The translations under genes and the position numbers were made by a program. A model generated the notes under the pieces. That model was not told the DNA's origin. It saw only the letters and a program-made list of their open reading frames with translations, and did not search any database. Positions 13,184-26,490 of a stretch of 64,000 nucleotides of DNA are shown here, one piece after another. The first letter of the stretch is position 1. Each line of letters starts with the position of its first letter. Source of the DNA: Octopus vulgaris (Eukaryota); the NCBI GenBank assembly GCA_951406725.2, contig OX597836.1, forward strand, positions 13,764,001-13,828,000. The letters run 5' to 3'.

Positions 13184-13368
13184 ATGGAAACAAGTCAAAA
13201 ATATATTGTTTGGCTTTTTCTTTGGTAGCTTCCATTTCGGCAGGGGTTTTCACAGGTGTCGTCTTGCATTCTGCTTTGGTATTGGGCCAGAGCTTCTCGC
13301 GTAGTAGTTGCAGATAGTAACGGCACTGAGTCTGTGAAGTGGCTTCGTGGAGTTTCTTCTGCAGCCAA
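13184..13368 (-). CDS. SNX19: SNX19-like exon (Nexin_C/PXC): (N)WLQKKLHEATSQTQCRYYLQLLREKLWPNTK...AKQYIFDLFP
   Basis: ctccacag/gtgagt sites; 185 nt, phase 2 to 1; 'YL.LLRE.LWP' hallmark of SNX13/14/19/25 Nexin_C. Confidence 0.92.
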
Positions 13369-15840
13369 CTGTGGAGTGAAACATATGGAGAAATGTTAAA
13401 TCAAGGGCACATTGCATGTGTGCGAGTGTATGAGAGAGAGAGAGAGAGAGGAAGAGTGTGTGCATGGAAAGGGGCAGGGATGTTATTATTGTCATTAATT
13501 ATAAGGGCTAGTGGAGGGGCATGGCTTAGTGGTTAGGGTATCAGCATCATGATCGTAAGATTGTGGTTTCGATTCTTGGACTGGGCAGTGTGTTGTATTC
13601 TTGAGCAATACTTTCATCTTTAAAAAGTGGAGGCGCGTGACTTAGTGGTTAGGGCGTCAGCATCATGATCGTAAGATTGTAGTTTCAATTCCTGGACCGG
13701 GCGACGCATTGTGTTCTTGAGCAAAACACTTCATTTCACGTTGCTCCAGTCCACTCAGCTGGCAAAAGTGAGCAACGCTGGGATGGACTGGCGTCCTGTC
13801 CAGCTGGGGAACACATACGCCATAGAAACCGGGAAACCAGGCCCATGAGCCTGGCTAGGCTTTAAAAGGGCGCATTTATTTATTTTTTATTAATTATAAG
13901 GGCTATACCATATTTGATGTTGTTTAAGTCTTCTGCCAACTACTCAACAGAGTTTACTGGGTGCTTTTTGTGTGGCACCAACATGGGTATGGCACAGTGG
14001 TAATAATCCTTTCTATTATCGGTACAAGGTCTGAAATTTTGAAGGACGAGTCTAACTGGTAACATCAACCCCAGTGCTCGACTGGTACTTATTCCAACAA
14101 CCTTTGAAAGGATAAAAGGCAAAGTCCACCTTGGCAGAATCTGAACTCAGAACATTAAGATGGACATTTTGTCTAGCATGCGAACGATTCTGGCACTTTG
14201 CCACCTTAATACCTTAATAATCCTTTCTACTAAAGGAACAAGGCCTGAAATTTTGAAGGAATAAACCAGTGTTTCAAAAAGATGAGAGGCAAAGCTGACC
14301 TTGGCAGAATTTGAACTCAGAATGCAGTGACGGATAAATGCCACTAAGCATCAAGCTTGGCATGCTAATGATTCTGTCAGCTCACCACCTTGTTATTATT
14401 ATTATTATGATTATTATTATTATTATTATCCTAAATAATAATAATAATAATAATAATAATCATCATCATTGTTTAACGTCCGTTTTCCGCGCTAGAACGG
14501 GTTGGACGGTTCAACCAGGGTCTGAGAAGCCAGGAGGCTGCACCAGGCTCCAGTCTGATCTGGCAGTGTTTCTACAGCTGGATGCCCTTCCTAACGCCAA
14601 CCACTCCGCGAGTGTAGTGGGTGCTTTTTACGTGCCACCGGCACAGGTGCCAGGGGAGTCTGGCAGTGGCCACGATCCATTGGTGCTTTTAACGTGCCGG
14701 AGGCACAAGACCTCAGATTTGTGGGGAGGGGCATAGATGATTACATCGACCTCAGTGTTTCACTGGTACTTAATTTATCGACCCCAAAAGGATGAAAGGC
14801 AAAATTAGATTATTATCCTGCTCCCAGCTTCAAGGTTGCTGCCAGGATTTGAAAAATAGGGCAGATTTTCCCCCACCTTATTTTGTGATTTAGGGGGTGG
14901 AATTTTGAAAAACAAGGAGGAATTCGCGGCGATGTTCAGTGAACAAATTAAACCCACTACCAATCGTGTTTATGCATGAATATTCTTTTTATAGGTTGGT
15001 TTTCTTTTACGCAATATTAAAACAATGGCTAAACATTTTCTGAAGCAACAGCTCCACTAATTTTATCTGCGAGCTGCCACTGATCACCATCATCATCATC
15101 ATCCTCATCACAATCAGGGTAGTTATTAGGGTAGGTATTCTAATTATCATTGTCATCACTACTACTGCCACAGTCATCCTCGTCATCATCATCATCACCA
15201 GTCAACCCTCCTTCTCTTCCTGCTCCTCATCATCATCATCATCATCATCATCATCTACACCATCAGTTTCATCACAATCATCATGACCCTCACTACAACT
15301 GTTATCCTCACCATCATCATCGATATCATCTTCATCAGTGTCACCCTGACAATCATCACCATCATCATCATCATTATTATTATCATCATCAACACTACTA
15401 CTACATCATCATCATCTATATCATCATAATCATCATCAGTATCATCATCGACAACCATCCTCATCAGCATCACCACCATTATCATCGTCCACCACCATCA
15501 ATACCCTTATCATCCTTTTCATTGTCATCATCATCGTCATCTTGCAGTCATTGATATCATGGTTGTCATGGAAATACGAAATGTCAAAACAGTATATAGA
15601 CAGATATTGATTTTGGGGGGGACTTTTTTTTTTGTGCGCATTGTCGTTTCTTTTTATAAAGTCAAAAGGCCACACATATGTAAAGGGGGGGAGGGCAGGA
15701 AAGTATAAAGGGCAGGAGAAGAGGAAAGGAGAAGAGGGGAGGAACAGGGTCAGAGAATCTAAATCAGTCCATGTACACATACACACACACACACACACAC
15801 ACATATATGTATATATATACACACACACACACACACACAT

Positions 15841-15901
<61 letters not shown>

Positions 15902-16589
15902 CACACACATATATATATATGAACTGACATTTTAATTTATTATTCTCACATGAGGACAGAAAGTAAATTTGAGCATAATGAGATCTGAAATCAGAACTTG
16001 AAGATTGAAACTATATTTCGTTGCCCTTTCAACGCCTCGGTAGAAATGGATAGCAAATTGGCAGAGACCAGCAAGGTCTTAATCTCACAACAACACATGA
16101 GTACAACTGCTAAATTCCATAGCATTAAGGAAACAGGGCCATCATTACTATAGCATCATCATCATCAGCAACATCACCAACAACTCATCATCATCATCAC
16201 CAACAACCATCATCATCATCATCACTGACAACCATCATCATCATCATTGCAATCATCATCTTCATCATCTTTATCATTGTCGTCGTCATCATCATTTGCT
16301 ATCGCCATCATCACTACCAACATCATCACCACCATCATCACTATCAACATTATCACCATCCATAGTGTATTATTGTTACTACCCCCATCTTCATCATCGC
16401 TTGCAATCATCAGTCATCACCACCACCACCATCATCATCATCATGTTCTCCATCATCATTCTCATCCATACCATCGTCATTGCTACTATCGCCGCCCTCA
16501 CAACCACCACCACCACCACCCTTATCCTCCTTCTCCTCTCCTCCTCCTCATCATCATCCATATCTTCAGTGTCATTACCATTATCACTC

Positions 16590-16992
16590 TCTTACTCTTT
16601 TACTTGTTTTAGTCATTTGACTGCGGCCATGCTGGAGCACCGCCTTTAGTCAAGCAAATCGATCCCAGGACTTATTCTTTGTAAGCCCAGTACTTATTCT
16701 ATCGGTCTCTTTTTGCCGAACCGCTAAGTGACGGGGACGTAAACACACCAGCATCGGTTGTCAAGCAATGCTAGAGGGACAAGCACAGACACACAAACAC
16801 ATACACACACATATACACATATATATATACATATATAGGACAGGCTTCTTTCAGTTTCCGTCTACCAAATCCACTCACAAGGCATTGGTCGGCCCGGGGC
16901 TATAGCAGAAGACACTTGCCCAAGATGCCACGCAGTGGGACTGAACCCGGAACCATGTGGTTGGTTAGCAAGCTACTTACCACACAGCCACT
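16590..16992 (-). mobile_element. tRNA-derived CORE-type SINE, near full length
   Basis: A/B-box head (TGGCTGTGTGG...GGTTCAGTCC), CORE-like 'CTTGGGCAAGTG', internal (TA/TG)n, AGTAAAAG tail; many copies in the window. Confidence 0.85.
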
Positions 16993-17148
16993 CACTGCCT
17001 GCGATATTAAAAAGAATATAGGTTAACTCAGCAAGGGTTCATACGGAGACAGAGATTAGAGAAACAGAAATTCGTGTAACATAGTGTAATATATATGGTT
17101 GCGATGAGTGGGAAAAGAAATGGGCAAAGAGTGGGTTAAGTCACTTAC

Positions 17149-17287
17149 TTGTTCAAGACAGTTCCACTAACAATCGCAAACGTCTCGTAAGCAGCTTCCT
17201 TGTTCAACCAGCTGTCGCATCCTTGCAGTGCCTGCACCGCAAAGTCGAGAATTGCAGACGTCAAGATTAGGTTGTCCTTCATCTCAA
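17149..17287 (-). CDS. SNX19: SNX19-like exon (start of Nexin_C region): (V)EMKDNLILTSAILDFAVQALQGCDSWLNKEAAYETFAIVSGTVLN
   Basis: tttctgcag/gtaagt sites; 139 nt, phase 1 to 2; resembles SNX19 'ALDL......W.WL......F....GT.V'. Confidence 0.9.
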
Positions 17288-17295
17288 CTGCAGAA

Positions 17296-17822
17296 ATAAT
17301 AATAATAATAATGATGATAATAATAATATGATGATGATGATGATGATGATAATGATGATGATGATGATGATAATAATATAATGATGATGATGATAATAAT
17401 AATAATAATATAATGATGATGATGATAATAATAATAATAATATAATGATGATGATAATAATAATGATAATAATTATAATAATAATAATAATGATAATAAT
17501 AATAATAATGATAATAATAATAATGATGATAATGATAATAATAATAATAATAATAATAATGATAATAATAATGATGATGATAATGATAATAATAATGATG
17601 ATGATGATGATAATAATGATGATGATGATGATGATAATAATATAATGATGATGATGATAATAATAATAATATAATGATGATGATGATAATAATAATAATA
17701 ATATAATGATGATGATAATAATAATGATAATAATTATAATAATAATGATAATGATAATAATAATGATAATAATAATAATGATAATAATAATAATAATGAT
17801 AATAATAATAATGATGATAATG

Positions 17823-17856
<34 letters not shown>

Positions 17857-17925
17857 TAATAATAATAATGATGATAATAATGATAATAATAATAATGATA
17901 ATAATAATAATAATGATGGTGATAA
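17296..17925. repeat. Compound (AAT/GAT)n microsatellite with an internal ~260-bp duplication
   Basis: Direct reading; the same interruption pattern recurs at ~17377 and ~17641. Confidence 0.95.
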
Positions 17926-18160
17926 TTCTTTCTACTAAAGGCACAAGGCCTGATATTATGTGGGGAGGGGACTAGTTGATTACATCAACCCCAGTGTTTC
18001 ACTGGTACTTAATTTATTGACCCGGAAAGGAAGAAAGGCAAAGTCAACCTTGGCGGAATTTGAACCCACGACGTGAAGACAGATGAAATACGGCTAAGCA
18101 TTTTGCCCGGCATGCTAATGATTCTGCCAGCTTGCCACCTTAATAATAATAATAATAATA

Positions 18161-18580
18161 GTTTGACTTTAACCAGTTGAGCATGTCCCTTAGTGGCTGA
18201 CGATATGTGCATCTCTGATCACAAGCAGAAGTAGTGGGGGAGCATCATAGCCATGTGTTGAGAGGGATTCTTTGGGGTTTGAATAATTCACCTCTGGAAA
18301 CATGGGTGGTTCTTTCAACATCCTTAAACAACCCTTATTCAGGGACCTTTTTGAGCGGGATGGGCTACTCAACCTGAAGAAAATTCTAACTGGGCCCCAC
18401 CTGCAAGGTCATGTGCTGTTTATCTTGATATGGGATCACCATGTCGCGCACACATGGTTGTGATGCATGTGCCTAGTGTACCCTTATCAGACAGGTAGTC
18501 ATGATGGGTATATTGGGCTTCGTATATTTTACCCCAGTGTCACTTTGATGGCATGAACTGCTCTCTCACTCAATAATAAT
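18161..18580 (+). mobile_element. Non-LTR retrotransposon 3' UTR-like repeat with (TAA)n tail, copy 2
   Basis: Similar to 11160-11600; flanked by TAA repeats on both sides. Confidence 0.7.
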
Positions 18581-19013
18581 AGTGGTTTCAAATTTTGCCA
18601 CAAGGGCAGCAATTTTGTGGGGTGGGGGTGAGTCAATTGCATCAACCCCAGTGTTCAACTGGCACTTACTTTGTTGACTCCATAACAATGAAAGGTAAAG
18701 TCGACCCCAGCAGAATTTGAACTGAATGTTAAGTCAGACAAAAAGTCAAACATTTTGTCTGGCATGTTAACAATTCTGCCAGCTCGTCAACTTAGTAAAA
18801 GGGTAAAGAGCCCCTTCAGTCATGAATGACAAGGGGATTGCACCTACAAAGGTCCTCTCCAAGGCACAAATCCAGGCAAGGTTGTTTATGGAAGACCAGC
18901 AGTAAATATTATAGACTTGAAATAACAATTCTGGTGGGAGGGTATAAACTAAAGCAAAAAAACAACCCTTCCCTTAAAACCACCACAACTGTTACCAACA
19001 TATGAATTTTTAC

Positions 19014-19431
19014 CTCTGACTGAATTTAATGGGTCTGTTTCTTGATCTGTGATGTGTGCCCTAAAAGGATCAGTGTTGTTTTCTGTGGCTTTGGTATCTG
19101 AAGATGTGTGTAAGGATGAATTGTTCTCATTGGTCAAAGGTAAGTTGGATGAAGAACAGCTGTCGATGGTCATTGAGAAACCATGTAAGGAAGAACTTGT
19201 ATTGGTCGTGTGCAAACTGTTCGAGGAAAAGGTCTGGTCAACTGATGGCAGATTACTCGACGAACAGCTCTGATTGGTCAAAGATGGAGTGTGCGAAGAA
19301 CAGCTCTGATTGGTCGAGAGTGGGCTGTGTGGCGAAGAGCTCTGATTGGTCACTTCTGTTGATGAATCACGACGACATTTTATGCTTTCAATGTGCTTGC
19401 TGACGTTAGCTTCCACAACCCGAAACCAACT
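19014..19431 (-). CDS. SNX19: SNX19-like exon (Ser/Thr-rich linker with 12-aa repeats): SWFRVVEANV...DPLNSVR
   Basis: ttttgttactcag acceptor and gtaaaa donor; 418 nt open, phase 0 to 1, exactly bridging the neighbouring exon phases. Confidence 0.82.
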
Positions 19432-20676
19432 CTGAGTAACAAAACAAAAAAACATACACAATAAATATGACAGAAAATGAGGTGATTCATTATGAATAAC
19501 CATCTCCCTCTAGCCGAAATTGCGAGGATGATACGGTTCTTGACTGAAGATTGAAGGCTTTGAATGTCCCGTCCGTGTTTTTTGTATCGTCTTCTAAATG
19601 TTTTGCATTCTTGTCTCAGTTTGTATTTTTTTACATATACATATATATATATATAAATAAGCTATAGTAGAAGACACTATATATATATATATATATAAAT
19701 AAGCTATAGTAGAAGACACTATATATATATATAGTGTCTTCTACTATAGCTTTGAGACAATGAAAGCCTTGTGATCAGATTTGGTAGATGGAAACTGAAG
19801 GAAGCCTGTCACGTGTGTGTGTGTGCATGCGTGTGTGTGTGTGTATGTCCATGTTTGTCCACCCAACTCTGCTTCACAACTGGTGTTGGTGTGTTTGCAT
19901 CCTCATAACTTAATGATTCAGTAAAAGAGATTGACTGAATAAGTACCAGGTTTTAAAAAATAAATCCTGCGGGTCGAGTTGTTCAACTAAAACCCTTCAA
20001 AGTGGTGCCCCAGAATGGCCATGGTCAAATGACAGAAATAAGTAAGAGATAAAAGATACAGTTTACAAGATGTAATCAGTTCATTACCTTCCCAGGTGTT
20101 TTCAATGGCTGATGACCGGTTGATATAACAATGTATAATATGATATAATGAACAGGTGAAATTGGCTCAGTGTTTGCACCTGCTCACATAATATGCACCT
20201 GCTCGTATATTATCAGCCAGTCACCGAGAGCAAAAAATGTCTGTTGAGATGTATCGTGTGAATTGTGTATGTTATTTTTCACATATTCCTTATGCCTGTT
20301 AACATGTCTTTCTATACCCTAGGATTCAAAATGCTGGACCCTAATCCGGTTTCTATGGCATATAAAGGCCTGATATTACAACAGGACACGGTTCTGTCTA
20401 TCCCAGGGTAAACTTACCGGCTATTGTTGGAACTCATTTACCACTGAGTGGACTGGAGTAATGTAAAATGAAGTGTTTTGCTCAAGAACACAACACACTA
20501 CACAGTCTGAGATTCGAAACCACAGTCTTATGATTGTGAAAGCAATACCCTACCCACTTAGGCAAGCGCCTTCATAAGACGTACACTAAGAGGTTGAGAA
20601 ATTTGGTTGCGGAAAGTAAGGCAAAGTTGATCCCAGCAGGATTTGAGATGAAGAAAAGAGAGCAAAGGGAACTTAC

Positions 20677-20883
20677 CTCATAATTTGGAATGTCTATATC
20701 AACTAGAATTTGATCCGAATCTTCGATGATCTTTACTTCTTCTTCTGTGGGTTTGTTGGGCGACAAGGAGTCTTTACGGTATGGAGAGTAGCCAGATGGG
20801 GAGGTCTTGTCTTGCGACAAACTTCGTGGAAGAACTGTTGTAGCTATCCGGTCCAGTACACCAGATACCGTTTTCACAAATGC
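20677..20883 (-). CDS. SNX19: SNX19-like exon (post-PX): AFVKTVSGVLDRIATTVLPRS...DIDIPNYE
   Basis: ttcttgtag/gtaagt sites; 207 nt, phase 0 to 0; open frame overlaps ORF 20572..20877. Confidence 0.88.
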
Positions 20884-21618
20884 CTACAAGAATAAGCAAA
20901 GTAATTAAAGTTAATAAGATTTCGTTACCGGTCCAAAACAAATACCAATACTAACTTGATGCCCGGTTTATGAATAACCAAACTGAATTGTTTATCATGA
21001 GGGTTAACAAGGGACACATTTGGATGTTATGTACAGGGATCCCTTCAAAAAAATATATTGTAGCCTCCACTCAATGCTAGTACAACCAGAATAAGCCTGT
21101 GACTTGTTATGGCAGCTGTGATATGGGAGCACAAAGGATGCATGTCTCAGGCCTCAAAGTGGGTCCAGGAGGGGGACAATCGTTAGTAATTGGGTAAGCT
21201 GAGCCAATTGGCAGAAGACTTAGCAGTAGACCAAGAATAAGATGGTTGGATAATATCCATAGCCTCAGTTTGTCATATATACGACGGGCTTCTTTCAGTT
21301 TCCGTCTACCAAATCCACTCACAAGGCTTTGGTCGGCCCAAGGCTTTAGTCGGCCCATGGCTTTAGTAGAAGACACTTGCCCAAAGTGCCATGCAGTGGG
21401 AGTGAACCTGGAACCATGTGGTTGGTAAGCAAGCTACTTACCACACAGCCACTCCTGTGCCTATATTTTAAAAATTAAAACTCTTCAATATTTTTTAAAT
21501 TAACTGAAAACAAGGCAGTGTAATTCCACAAAAATATAAGAAATGGGTTAAATAAATACATAAATACGTGTAAACGTGATGAAATGTAGAATTTTGTACA
21601 AAAATGTGTGTGGCTTAC

Positions 21619-21744
21619 TTTATCAATCCGTGGCATGTTGATTTCACGGGTACGCCGCACATAAGCGATGTGTGCATCTCCCTCATAGGCAAGGAATTCC
21701 CTCAGTTCAGGCCCATTGGAGATGCTTTCTTTCTTTATTAAGTT
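21619..21744 (-). CDS. SNX19: SNX19-like exon (end of PX): NLIKKESISNGPELREFLAYEGDAHIAYVRRTREINMPRIDK
   Basis: ttcttccag/gtaagc sites; 126 nt, phase 0 to 0; matches the SNX19-type 'EFLA...DA.IA(F/Y)V....RIDK' motif. Confidence 0.92.
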
Positions 21745-23399
21745 CTGGAAGAAATGAGTGTAGAAAAGAAGAAGTTAGATTGGTGAAACAGAAGGAAGGA
21801 AATTAATAAAGGGAAAGAGAAATATTATTAATATGAAGGAGAACGCTAACGAGGAAATGATGACAAAGAAGAAATAAAGGAGAAGAAGGAAGAATAATCA
21901 AGAATGACAAAAAGAAGAAATGAAAGAAAAGTATGCTTGACCAAGGTAGAAGAGGTTTGCCTAAGGAGTCACACAGTGGGACTGAACCTGAAACCATGTG
22001 GGTGGGAAGTGAACTTCTTAACCACACTGCATTAGTCCTTTAGCATTTAAACTGGCCATATCCAGCCAAAATAATCTACCTGTTTTATGTTCAAACTGGC
22101 CAGATCAGGCCTCTCACACCTACCTTATAATGTCATTGTAAAAATAATAATCATATTAAAATCTCGAAACTATGCAGTACCGCTTGACTGGCCCTCATGC
22201 CGGTGGCATGTAAAAAGCACCCACTACACTCTCGGAGTGGTTGGCGTTAGGAAGGGCATCCAGCTGTAGAAACTCCGCCAGATCAGAATGGAGCCTGGTG
22301 CAGCCATCTGGTTCACCAGACCTCAGTCAAATCGTCCAACACATGCCAGCATGGAGAACGGACGTTAAACGATGATGATGATGAGATGATGCAGGATTAA
22401 TTCAAAGCAATATGAATAAATAAGCTTTACATTTGACAGAATAATCTGAATGCTAAGGGCTTAATATTACACCTTAAATATAACTCTGTGTGTGTGTTTA
22501 TGTACGTATGTATGTATATAAATATATATATCATCATCATCATCATCGTTTAACGTCCGCTTTCCATGCTAGCATGGGTTGGATGGTTCAACTGGGGTCT
22601 GGGAATCCAGAAGGCTGCACCAGGCCCAATCTGATTTGGCAATGTTTCTATGGCTGGATGCCCTTCCTAACGCCAACCACTCCGAGAGTGTAGTGGGTGC
22701 TTTTTATGTGCCACCGGCACAGGTGCCAGACGAGGCTGGCAAACGGCCACGATTGGATGGTCCGTTTTACGTGCCATATATATATGATGGACTCTCCCAT
22801 CAAAGACGATATGTGAGCTTTCAGCTTTTGCCAAACAACCTGCACAAATGATTAGTTTATAGTGATCAAATGTTTGTGCCACACATGAGCTTACTCATGT
22901 ACATGCAGCACTCTAACCACTAAACCTTGTGCCCTCACTATAAATACACACACACACACACACACACATATATGCACACATATATATTACATCTGTTATA
23001 GTAAAAGTTAGTAATCTACAGTAAGTTTTGCCCCTGGGTAGGTTGTTTTTGTGTGTGTGTGTGCATGTGTAATACTGTCTCCTTGCCTTGACATAATATG
23101 ATGGTTGTAAACAAGCATCACTGTCATACAAGCAGTGTCTTTCGTTTTCTATCTTAAATGTCTGCTCATGGGAACGGGTAAAGGTTAGTGACGGGAAGGG
23201 TGCCCGGCTGTCAGAAATACACCTCAACAAATTTCCATCCAACCCCTGCAAGCAGAGAAAGATGGATGTTAAACTGATGATGCTGCTGATGATGATGACA
23301 ATGTCACATATACATGCACACACTTTGTGAAACAAAACACTGTTTCTAATTCTCTCTCTCTCTCTCTCTCTCTTCTTTCTCTCCCCACCCTGATCATAC

Positions 23400-23497
23400 C
23401 TTCAAGTAGTTGTCAAGAAATTTCCTCCGCTGAGTGACATTCTCCTGGTCCATGTTACCAAACAGCGAATGCTTCCATCCTTTTGGTCCTTTGATAT
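23400..23497 (-). CDS. SNX19: SNX19-like exon (PX domain): (D)IKGPKGWKHSLFGNMDQENVTQRRKFLDNYLK
   Basis: ttattcag/gtatga sites; 98 nt, phase 1 to 0; resembles SNX19 'VKGP..LF..LPFGNMD.D.VE.RK..LE.FLK' as I recall it. Not in the ORF track in this frame. Confidence 0.9.
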
Positions 23498-24644
23498 CTG
23501 AATAATTGAAAAAAGAAAAAAAAAATGAAAGAAAAAAATAATAAAAAGAGAAAAATCAGGAGTTAAATTTGAATAGGCGTGGCTGTGTGGTAAGAAGCTT
23601 ACTTCCCAACCACACAGTTCCAGGTTCAGTTCCATTGCATAGCATCTTGGACAAGTGTCTACTACTGTAGTTTCAAACTGACTAAAGACTAATGAGTGGA
23701 TTTGGTAGACAGAAACTGAAAGAAGCCTGTTTTTTGTGTGTGTGTGTGTTCACAAACCACCACTTGACAACTGGTGTTGGTGTGTTTACATCCCTATCAC
23801 TTAGCAGTTCAACAAAGGAGACTGATAGAATAAGTACCAAACTTTTAAAAAATAATACAAGTACTGGGTTCAATTTATTTGACTAAAATTCTTCAGCATG
23901 ATGCCCCAGCATGGCCAGAGTCTAATGACTTGAAACAAGTAAAAAAAAAAAAGAAGCTATATGTTGCTGTTGTGTCCCACCCACCCGAAGTGGGGTCTTG
24001 TTCAAGCTCATATGTCTATGGTGCATTGGTCAGCTAAGGTCAGTTGGTCAAACATTATAAACAATATACTTTAATGGGACCCTCTACTGCACACCACCAA
24101 TCTGATCAACTCCCCATCATTGCTCCTTTAATCCTTTGGCAGGGAGATGATTTCTTTAAAAAAGCCTTTTATCTTTTTACTTGTCTCAGTCACTGAACTG
24201 CAGCCATGCTGAGCCACTGCCTTGAAGGGTTTAGCCAAACAAATTGACCCCAGGACTTATTTTTAAAGTCAGGTACTTGTTCTAACAGTCTCTTACGCTG
24301 AGACCACTGTGTTATGGGGACATAAACAAACAAACACCAGTTGTCAAGTGGTGATGGAGAACAAACACAAAAACGCACTTTCCATTTACCAAATTCACTC
24401 AGAAGATATTGGTCAACTTGGAGCTACAGTAAAAGATATTTGTCCAAGGTGCCATGCAGTGGGATTGAACATGAAACCAAATCATTGCAAAGTGAGCTTC
24501 CTAACCAGAAAGCCATGCTGGTGGAGTGATTATTTTTAGAAAATTTACAAAAAAACACTACATGTTTAAACAAATCATTTAGTCATATACAAAAAGCAAA
24601 AAAAACATGATAATTTGCTCAGCAATTGTGTGTTTTAATATAAT

Positions 24645-25255
24645 CCCTTCTACTAAAAGCACAAGACCTGAAATTTGTGGGGAGGGGACGAGTCGATTAC
24701 ATCGGCTCCAGTGTTCCACTGGTGCTTAATTTATTGACCCCAAAAGGATGAAAGGCAAAGTCGACCTTAGCAGAATTTGAACTCAGAACGTAAAGACAGG
24801 CGAAATACTGCTAAGCAATGCTAGCTCGCCACCTTGTGTGTTATAATATAAGGGTTTCAGATTTTAGCACAAAGCCAGGAATTTCAGTGGTAGGAGATAG
24901 TCAATTATATCAACCCCAGCGTTAAACTTGTATATATTTCATTGACTCCAAAAAGAAGAAAGGCAAAGTCGACTTCAGTAGGATTTGAACTCAAAACAAA
25001 GCGCTAGAAGGAAATGCTGCTTAGCATTTTGTCATACGTGCTAACAATTCTGCCAGTTTACTGCCTTCAGTGGTTTCAAACATTTGCACAAGGCCAGCAA
25101 TTTTAGGGAAGAGGATTAGTAAACAGTAGATACATCAACTCCAGTATTCAACTGGTTCTTGCTTTATCAACTCTGAAAGAATGAAAGGCAAAGCCAACCT
25201 CAGAGGAATTTGAACTCGGAATGCAGAGAGTCATAAGAAATGCTGTAAAGCACTT
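24645..25255 (-). mobile_element. Three tandem Nin-domain SINE copies
   Basis: Repeated AAAGGCAAAGTCGAC...TTTGAACTC blocks about 210-230 bp apart. Confidence 0.7.
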
Positions 25256-26185
25256 TATACAACCCTCATATTTATCTCCTCTATGTACTGCATCACTGCG
25301 TCCACAATTTAAATGCGGTTGTTTTGCATACTATCTATATCTATCTCCATGCCTCATCTTTGCTCTAAAAACCCAAGCACATACTGCCATATGCTCTATT
25401 CTGTTCAATGGAGCATGTATCCATCAGTCACAAATTTTTCAAGCTTCTTCTTCAAAAAGCCTATTTTGCCTTTTGAAAAGGCAGAAGCAGGACAAATTCC
25501 TCCTGGTCCTTTCCAAGATAATTTTCTCAGGCAAGAAGGCAATCTCTTTTGTTACGCATGTCTTTCAATGCTTTTTCCTTTGTCTGGAATTGACCTGTAT
25601 TCTATTCAAGATTTCTTTTTGGCTAGTGACACTAGCAAAGGACCAATTACTGTTGTTGTAATTGTTGTTGGGGTTTTGGACAATGTTGTATATAAGTGTG
25701 CAGTTTTTGCTTATCACATAGTGAATTGCTTAAACTAATAATCCTATTCATTGAGTTATAATTTTTATTTTTGCCTTTCTCTTTTTAGGTTTTTCATCTG
25801 CTATTAAAAATTTTAGGTGTGCATTCATTACTGATGACCGAAGCATGTGACAGGCTGTGCTGCATTATATGTTACCAGTAGCACTCAAGAGCAACTTGAC
25901 ATAATGTGTGAATGTGCGTGTGAGAGAGAGAAAGAGAGAGGAAAAGTGAAAGGGTGTCTTGTGTGTGTGTATGCATGAATGCTTGTATGCATATGAGATG
26001 CATCAGAAGGCAAACAATACACAAACAGGCCTTGTACTAACTGCACTGAGCGAGAGAGATAAACAAGACATCGTCCTTCTTGAAGTTGACAAGAAACAAC
26101 GTCATCATTGTAGAACTGAAATAGAAGGAAAAAAACCAAAACCAAAACACTTCTAATGCATAAGGGAAAAGCATGAGAGAGAGAG

Positions 26186-26244
<59 letters not shown>

Positions 26245-26490
26245 ATGTGTGTGTGTGTGTGTGTGTTTTTGGGTGTGTGTGTACATGTGTGTGCATCTTT
26301 ATGGTGGGAATATATTACTATTTTTTCCTGTCTTTTTTCTCAGTGAGTGTCAGTCTAAATTGGTAACACACGAATACTTGTCACTTGTAATAATTTTATG
26401 TCCATGAAATAAGTGGAAAAGTAAAAATGAAAACAGGTCTTCTGTTCCCTGGAGGCTGCTACAGTGGCAGTGAGGAAGAGGTGATGAAAA

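Noticed and set aside
17279-17975. Poly-Ile/Met/His/Asp ORFs (also 15007-15554, 16222-16649 and 44843-45980)
   Set aside because: Translations of trinucleotide microsatellites, open in many frames, with no splice or homology support.
25221-25738. 146-aa and 141-aa overlapping plus-strand ORFs
   Set aside because: They start within or next to a SINE, have no recognisable domain and are antisense within an intron; possibly a decayed LINE fragment.
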